Assembly: GCA_014905635.1 (NCBI GenBank)
Contig: JABVCE010000017.1
Span: 248,001 to 312,000, forward strand
DNA length: 64,000 nt
From: Scenedesmus sp. PABB004
Taxonomy: Eukaryota
Direction: 5' to 3'
Positions 58,901 to 64,000 of the stretch are shown here, piece by piece (positions within the stretch are counted from its first letter, which is position 1; every line of letters begins with the position of its first letter). The position numbers and the translations under genes are program-made. The notes beneath the pieces are model-generated. The model searched no databases, was not told where the DNA came from, and worked only from the letters and a program-made list of their open reading frames with translations.

Positions 58901-60080
58901 CGCGCTGAACCGCGAGCACAGCGACCTGCTGACGCTCAAGCGCCTCCTGCTCGGCGACAAGGTGCGGGCGGTGTTTGACTCCCTTTGACTCTTTGGCCTT
59001 TTGAGTCGTTGACTCTTTAAGGCTTTGAGTCTTCACTCTTGACTCTTGATCCTCTGACTCGCGCCCGCGCACTCGCGCTCGTCCAACTCGCGCCCAACTT
59101 GCGCTGCCTCTCGCCCAACTTGCGCTGCCCGCCTGCCACCCCGCAGGTCGACTCGCTGTACGCGATGCTCGACACCTCCTACGCCCGCTACGTGACCTTC
59201 TGCGAGCAGGTGCGGGGCTCACATCAGGGCTCAACAGGGCTCATACCAGGGCTCAACAGGGCTCACATCAGGGCTCAACAGGGCTTAACGGCTTGACAGC
59301 TCCGGGCCGAACATGGCTCTGGGCTCGACAGCTCGGGGCTCCACGGCCCAGGCCCAGGCCCGAGGGCTCGGAGGATGCAGGGCGCCCGCTCACGCGCGAC
59401 CGCGCCCGCCGCGCGCCGCAGTTTGAGGCGAGCGGCAAGCAGCTGCCCCTCATCGTGCAGGCGGCGGCCGCGGCGTGCACGCCCTTCCTGGAGTGTGAGC
59501 GCCGCGCGCGCGCGCCGCGCGCCGCCGCCGCCGCGCCCCCCGCCGCGGCCTCGGCGTGCGTGCGTGCGCGCGTTGTCTGCGTGCGTGCGTGCCTGTCCCC
59601 TCCCCTCCCCGCTGACGCACATTTCATTGAACACTCACAAACGCACCACGTCACCGCTGCCGCGCCCGCAGACGACGACTACTCCAACGCCAAGAGCGCG
59701 CTCGACGCCGCCCAGCAGGCGCGGCCCCATGCGCGCCGCGCCGCGCCGCGCCGCGCCGCGCGCGCTGCACTTGCCCGCGGCTCCGCTCGCTGCGCCCCGC
59801 CGCGCCTCGCGCGCGCGGCGACAATTTGAAATCAAAAGCCTCACACCGTTTGAATTCAAACTCAAACGCAGGCCATGTCCACGCTGGTGAGCGAGAACAA
59901 GGCCCTCATGGAGCGCATCAACGCCCTCGAGCGCACCGGGGTGAGTCACCGTTTGATCACCGTTTGAAAAGCTGTCACAGAGGGGCCCGCGCGGCGGGCG
60001 AGCGCGCGCGCGCCGCCGCCGACCTGCGCCGACCCGCGCCGCCCGCCCGACCCCGCGCCGCGCCGCAGCTGCGCGCGTGA
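55997..60080 (+). CDS. Septin GTPase
   Basis: NFMVMG|ESGLGKTTFIQNL (G1), DMPGWGD (G3), VYFLSPHR...D, IPVIAKADTMT (G4), and RNYR|WG...NREHSDL (septin unique element), followed by a C-terminal coiled coil. Confidence 0.93.
58172..58277. repeat. (GGGA)n microsatellite in a septin intron
   Basis: About 100 bp of GGGA units with minor variants; G-quadruplex-capable. Confidence 0.95.
59214..59290. repeat. CAGGGCTCA(A/CAT/TAC) tandem repeat in a septin intron
   Basis: About 7 degenerate 10-12 bp units are visible. Confidence 0.85.
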
Positions 60081-61750
60081 GCGCGCCGCGGCGCCGGCGG
60101 CGCCGAGCTTGTTCTGGCCGAGCGGTGGCGTCCCCCGGGCCCGCTGCACACACAAGAAACCCTCCTCACTAGTGCTACGTACGCAGCGCCCCAACGACCG
60201 AGCCTATCCAAGTCACGTGAACGAATGACTGCAGCATGGTGGTTGCGTCCGTTAGGCTGTAGCGCATCTGATTCATAGGACCGTGGCCCGGCGCCACCGC
60301 GCGCCCGCGCGGCCGCACGAGGGCGATTGAATGACCACCCCCCCCCCCAACCACCGCGCGCCGCACACGAGAGGAGGGCACCGCCGCGGCGCGGCGCGGC
60401 GCGGCGGGCGCGCGCGCGCGCGCCGCTCGCGAATTAACTTCCCCCGCACTTGCAGTCCTCCTTGATTGGTTTGGCGCACCGACACTTGCGACCCGCTGCG
60501 ACGACTCGCGGGCCCGATTGACGACGCCGCCGAACATGGCGGCGGGGCACGGACGGGGCGCCGCACGGCGGGCGCGCCCATACATGGTGTGCGGTGCGTC
60601 TGAGACACGGCGGCTGGCCCTGCGGGCGCCGAGCACGCCGGAGCTTCTGGACAGCGACCGGGCCGCGCGCCGCGCGCCCGGACCGGGCGCGCCGCGCGGC
60701 GCAGCCCTCCCATTGATCCCTCCCTCTTGACGCGCGCCGCGGGCGCCCGGGCCGCGGCGCCGCCTCGGCGCGCCCGGCGGCGGTGATCTGCGTGTGCGTG
60801 TGTCTTGGGCGCGCGCGCGCATGGCCGCGCTGCGCCGGTGGTCAGCTGCTCAATCAACCATCCGCATGTGACCCCAGTGTGTATGCAAACGATGGTCAAC
60901 GCATGTCCCGGGAGCACCCCCCTGTGTCATCCACCCCCCGGCCGCCGCACCGCCGCACCGCCGCACCGCCGGCGGGCGGCGTCGCGGCCGGAGCTCGAGA
61001 ACGTGGCGGCGCGCTGACTGCGCACGCGGGCGGGCTGACAGCAACGGCGGCAGCCCCGGTGATGCGTGTGTGTGTGTGTGCGAGGGGTGGGCGGGCGCGC
61101 AATGACCGGCTCGCGCGCGGGCGCGCGCGTGCACGCGCGCCGCGCGGGCGTGCTGCCGCCCGGCCGCGCTGCGAAGCGCTGCCGGCGGGCGCCCGCGCGG
61201 CCGCGGCGCCGCCGTCCAGCCGATGCCATGCGCTGTAACACAGGCCTGGCAGGCATTCACTGGCGGTTGGTGCCGCGCCGCCGGCTCTGCGCCCGCGGGC
61301 GGCGCTCGGGCGGCGCCGCGGTCGCGCGACGGCGGAACGCCAGCGCCAGCCCGCCGGCGTAGAGGCTTGGCGGTGAGGCTCGAACAACGCCAGACCGGGC
61401 CTGCGCGGACGGCCAGGCGCCGCGCGGTCGCGGCGCAGTCACCCAAGACAACTGCCGCGCCCCCTGGCGTCGCCGCCTGCCGCCCCCTCCCCGCTCCGCC
61501 GCCTGAGTCAGCGCCCACATAACCAAACGAGCTCATCCAAGCCGCGCGCCGGCCGAATCCTCGCCAAACTTGCCGGTGACATTGCTGCTTCGCGGGCCCG
61601 CGCCGGCCAAACGCCGCCCTGCCGGGCGCGTGAAGCGTCCCACGCATTGCTGACGCATTTGCGCCGCCCGCGCGCAGGCGTTTTCCGGCGGCGCGAGGAG
61701 CAGCGCCCGCCAGCAGCAGCGCCCACCAGCAGCAGCGCCCGCGCGCCCGC

Positions 61751-62295
61751 ATGGCGCCGCGCGGCCGTCGCGACGCCAAGGGCGTGGTGCCCGCGCGACG
61801 GGGCGCCGCGCTCCTGGCCGCGCTGCTGCTCTGCTGCAGTGCCGCCGCTGCTGCGGCGGGGCCGGCCGTGGAAGTGCGGCTCGTGTTCGACGGTGAGGCG
61901 CGCGCCTGCCGTGGGCGGCGCGCGCCTGCCGTGGGCGGCGCGCGCTGTGGCGGGCCCGCGGCAGCGGCCGGGCGGCGGCAGCAGCGGCGGTCAGCGCAGC
62001 CGCGCGCCGGCCGGCGCCCCGCACAACGCGCGCCGCCCGCCTGGTCCCCGCCCGCCGCGCTCGCTCGCAGGCCTCGGCCAGGGCGTGTTCGACCGCAAAT
62101 ACGATGCCGCCACGCGCGCCGCGCTCGCGGCGTCGGCGGGCGTGCCAGAGAGCGCCATCTCGCGCGTCGGCGCGCCGGTGACGCCCGGGCCGGCGCCGAC
62201 AGCTCCCCCGGCCGCCAAGCCGGCGACGCCCAGCGCGAGCGCCACGCCGGCGCCGGCGCCGGCGGCGGACAAGGCCACGCCCGCGCCCGCGCCAA

Positions 62296-62341
<46 letters not shown>

Positions 62342-64000
62342 AACGCCCGCGCCCGCGCCAACGCCCGCGCCCGCACCGGCCAAGACCGCGGCGGCGCCCG
62401 AGGCGGCGGCCAAGCCGCCCGCGGCCGCGCCGGCAGAGGAGAATGCCCCGGCAGCGACGGCCGCCGCCGCGCCGGCACCGGCCCCGGAGACGGCGACGCC
62501 CGCGCCGGCCAAGGGGGCCCGGCGGCGGCGCCGCCCGCGGAGGAGGCGGCGCCGGCGGCGCCCGCAGAGGAGCCCGCGGCGGCGCCCGCGGAGGAGCCGG
62601 CGGCGCCCGCAGCCGCCCCCACCGCGGCGGCCGGCGACGCCGCGCCCGCGCCGGCCCCGGCCCCGGCCCCGGCGCCCGCCACGGCGGCGGTCGCCGCCGC
62701 GCCGCGCGCGCCGGTGCCGTCTGCGCTCATCGACGGCCGCGGCGCGCGCCGGCTGCTGCTGCAGCAGGGCGCCGGCGCCGCCGCGAGCGGCGGCGGCATC
62801 GCGGCGGAGGCGACGTACGCGATCGCCACGAGCGCGGCCGAGGAGGCGACGAGCCCCGCGGCGATCAACGACAAGCTCCGCGCCGCGGCGTCGCCGCCGG
62901 ACTATGCCTTCCTCGCCGCCCTGCGCGCCAAGGGCGTGCCGTACGAGCCATCGCTCTACTTCAACGGCGAGCTGCTGCTCGACGGCCGGCCCGCGCTGTC
63001 GGGCGCGTCGCGCGGCGGCGGCGCCGGCGGCCTCGGCGGCCTGCCCGGCGCCGGCGCCGACGCGGCGCGCGGCGTCGGCGGGCTGCCGCTCTGGGTGTTT
63101 GTGCCCGTCGTCGTGCTCGCGGCGCTGCTCGCCGTGCTGCTGCTGACGGGGACGGTGGTGCTCTGCATGCGCTGCTGCGGCGGCCTGCGCGGCGCCGGCG
63201 CCGGCGCGCGCGGGCGCAAGGAGTCGCTCCTCGGCGGCGACGCGGCGGGCAGCCAGTTCCTCGCCGGCGACGTCGGCGGAAAGGGCGCGGGCGCCGGCGC
63301 CAGCATCGCGCTCGTCGCGCAGCCGGGCGGCGGCTTTGCGCCGACGCAGGGGTGAGTGAGCGAAGCCTCTCCCCTCCCCCCTCTAGCGCGCGCCGCCGCG
63401 GGCCTCACCGACATCTGCTCGCCGCTGACCTGCCGCCTCTCTCTCCTCTCCTCTGCCGCCGCACCGCGCCGCAGCGCGCTGGACCAGCTCAACGCCTCGT
63501 TCCCCACCAAGGGCAGCAGCGTGCGCGGGCCCGAGAGCGTCACGTCGGCGGTCACCGCCGCGACGAGCTCCGCCTTCACCGCCGCCACGACCGCGCGCTC
63601 CACGGCGGGCCTCGTGGCCACGCAGGTGCGCCGCACGCGCGGCGCGGAGGGCTCAGCGCGTCCCTGCGGCTGGCCCCGCCGCGCACGCGCGCGCGCGGCT
63701 CGCGCGCGCACCGCCTCACCGCCTCACCGCCGCCCGCCGCCCGCCGCCGCCGCGGCCGCGCCCGCCAGGACGGCAAGCAGCACCGCAAGCACCGCGCCGG
63801 CAGCGCCGGCGGCGACCCCGACGCGGCGGCTCTCGCCTACTACAAGACCCTCGCCGCGAGCGGCCAGCCGGTGCCGATCGGGCACGCGCGCGCGTCGCGG
63901 CCGCGCCCCGGCCCCGCCACGATCAAGGTGCCGTCCGTCACGGGGCCGCCGAGCGTGGGCGGCGGCGCCGACGGCGGCGCCGACGCGCCGCCGCGCGGCG
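61751..64000 (+). CDS. Type I membrane / cell-surface protein with Pro-Ala repeat region; continues beyond the window
   Basis: Signal-like AALLAALLLCCSAAAAAA, a (PA/PT)n tract at ~62180-62700, GARRLLLQ, a TM helix LPLWVFVPVVVLAALLAVLLLTGTVVL followed by CMRCC, and further spliced cytoplasmic exons. Apparent frameshift near 62520. Confidence 0.75.

Noticed and set aside
59214..59290. Short regular repeats (also 39501-39566 and 58974-59060) as a possible CRISPR-like array
   Set aside because: There are no unique spacers and no cas genes, and the context is eukaryotic intron or UTR. They are simple tandem repeats.
60100..61740. Possible gene between the septin and the surface protein
   Set aside because: No coherent exon chain or domain was found. 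A TGTAA at 61234-61238 suggests septin 3' UTR plus promoter sequence.
6950..62530. Apparent frameshifts in coding exons (~6965, ~9750, ~13195, ~14150-14400, ~29890, ~32390, ~46800-47300, ~48650, ~62520) suggesting pseudogenes or programmed frameshifting
   Set aside because: All fall in GCG/GGC/CCC low-complexity runs while the conserved domains stay intact, which is most simply explained by sequencing or assembly indels. Read-level data would be needed to say otherwise.
1..64000. Hundreds of long Arg/Ala/Pro/Gly-rich ORFs in the six-frame track (e.g. 3024-6152, 9181-12102, 29697-32162)
   Set aside because: Stop codons are rare at this GC content. These frames run through introns or lie antisense to real genes and lack independent domain motifs.

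Overview
Extremely GC-rich (roughly 80% by eye), gene-dense, intron-rich eukaryotic nuclear DNA. Gene content (SBP and R2R3-MYB factors, a PP2C-cNMP-kinase, a septin, a FAS1 protein), TGTAA poly(A)-type signals and short GC-rich introns point to a chlorophyte green alga, possibly Sphaeropleales/Selenastraceae (inference). The long ORFs in the supplied track are mostly GC artefacts, so I rebuilt about 17 spliced genes by hand: PDI, a YchJ/SEC-C protein, an uncharacterised coiled-coil protein, WW+GYF, SBP, a small RxLFGP protein, a 2xFAS1 protein, an HD-type hydrolase, an SR protein, R2R3-MYB, a HIT-TsaE-TsaD fusion, a membrane protein, reticulon, PP2C-cNMP-kinase, a small hypothetical protein, septin and a Pro/Ala-rich type I membrane protein. 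The top candidate for a new system is a single 15-exon gene (34112-38737) fusing a HIT-family nucleotidyl hydrolase, the bacterial-type t6A ATPase TsaE and the t6A transferase TsaD. Other highlights are a near-perfect intronic hairpin (miRNA- or MITE-like), polarised telomere-like TTTAGGG/CCCTAAA motifs at intron ends, a very high rate of GC-AG introns, an SBP domain split by an insertion of about 200 aa, and a possible Cip/Kip-like micro-protein. Several apparent frameshifts in GC-rich runs are probably assembly errors. All calls come from manual reading; no database searches were run.
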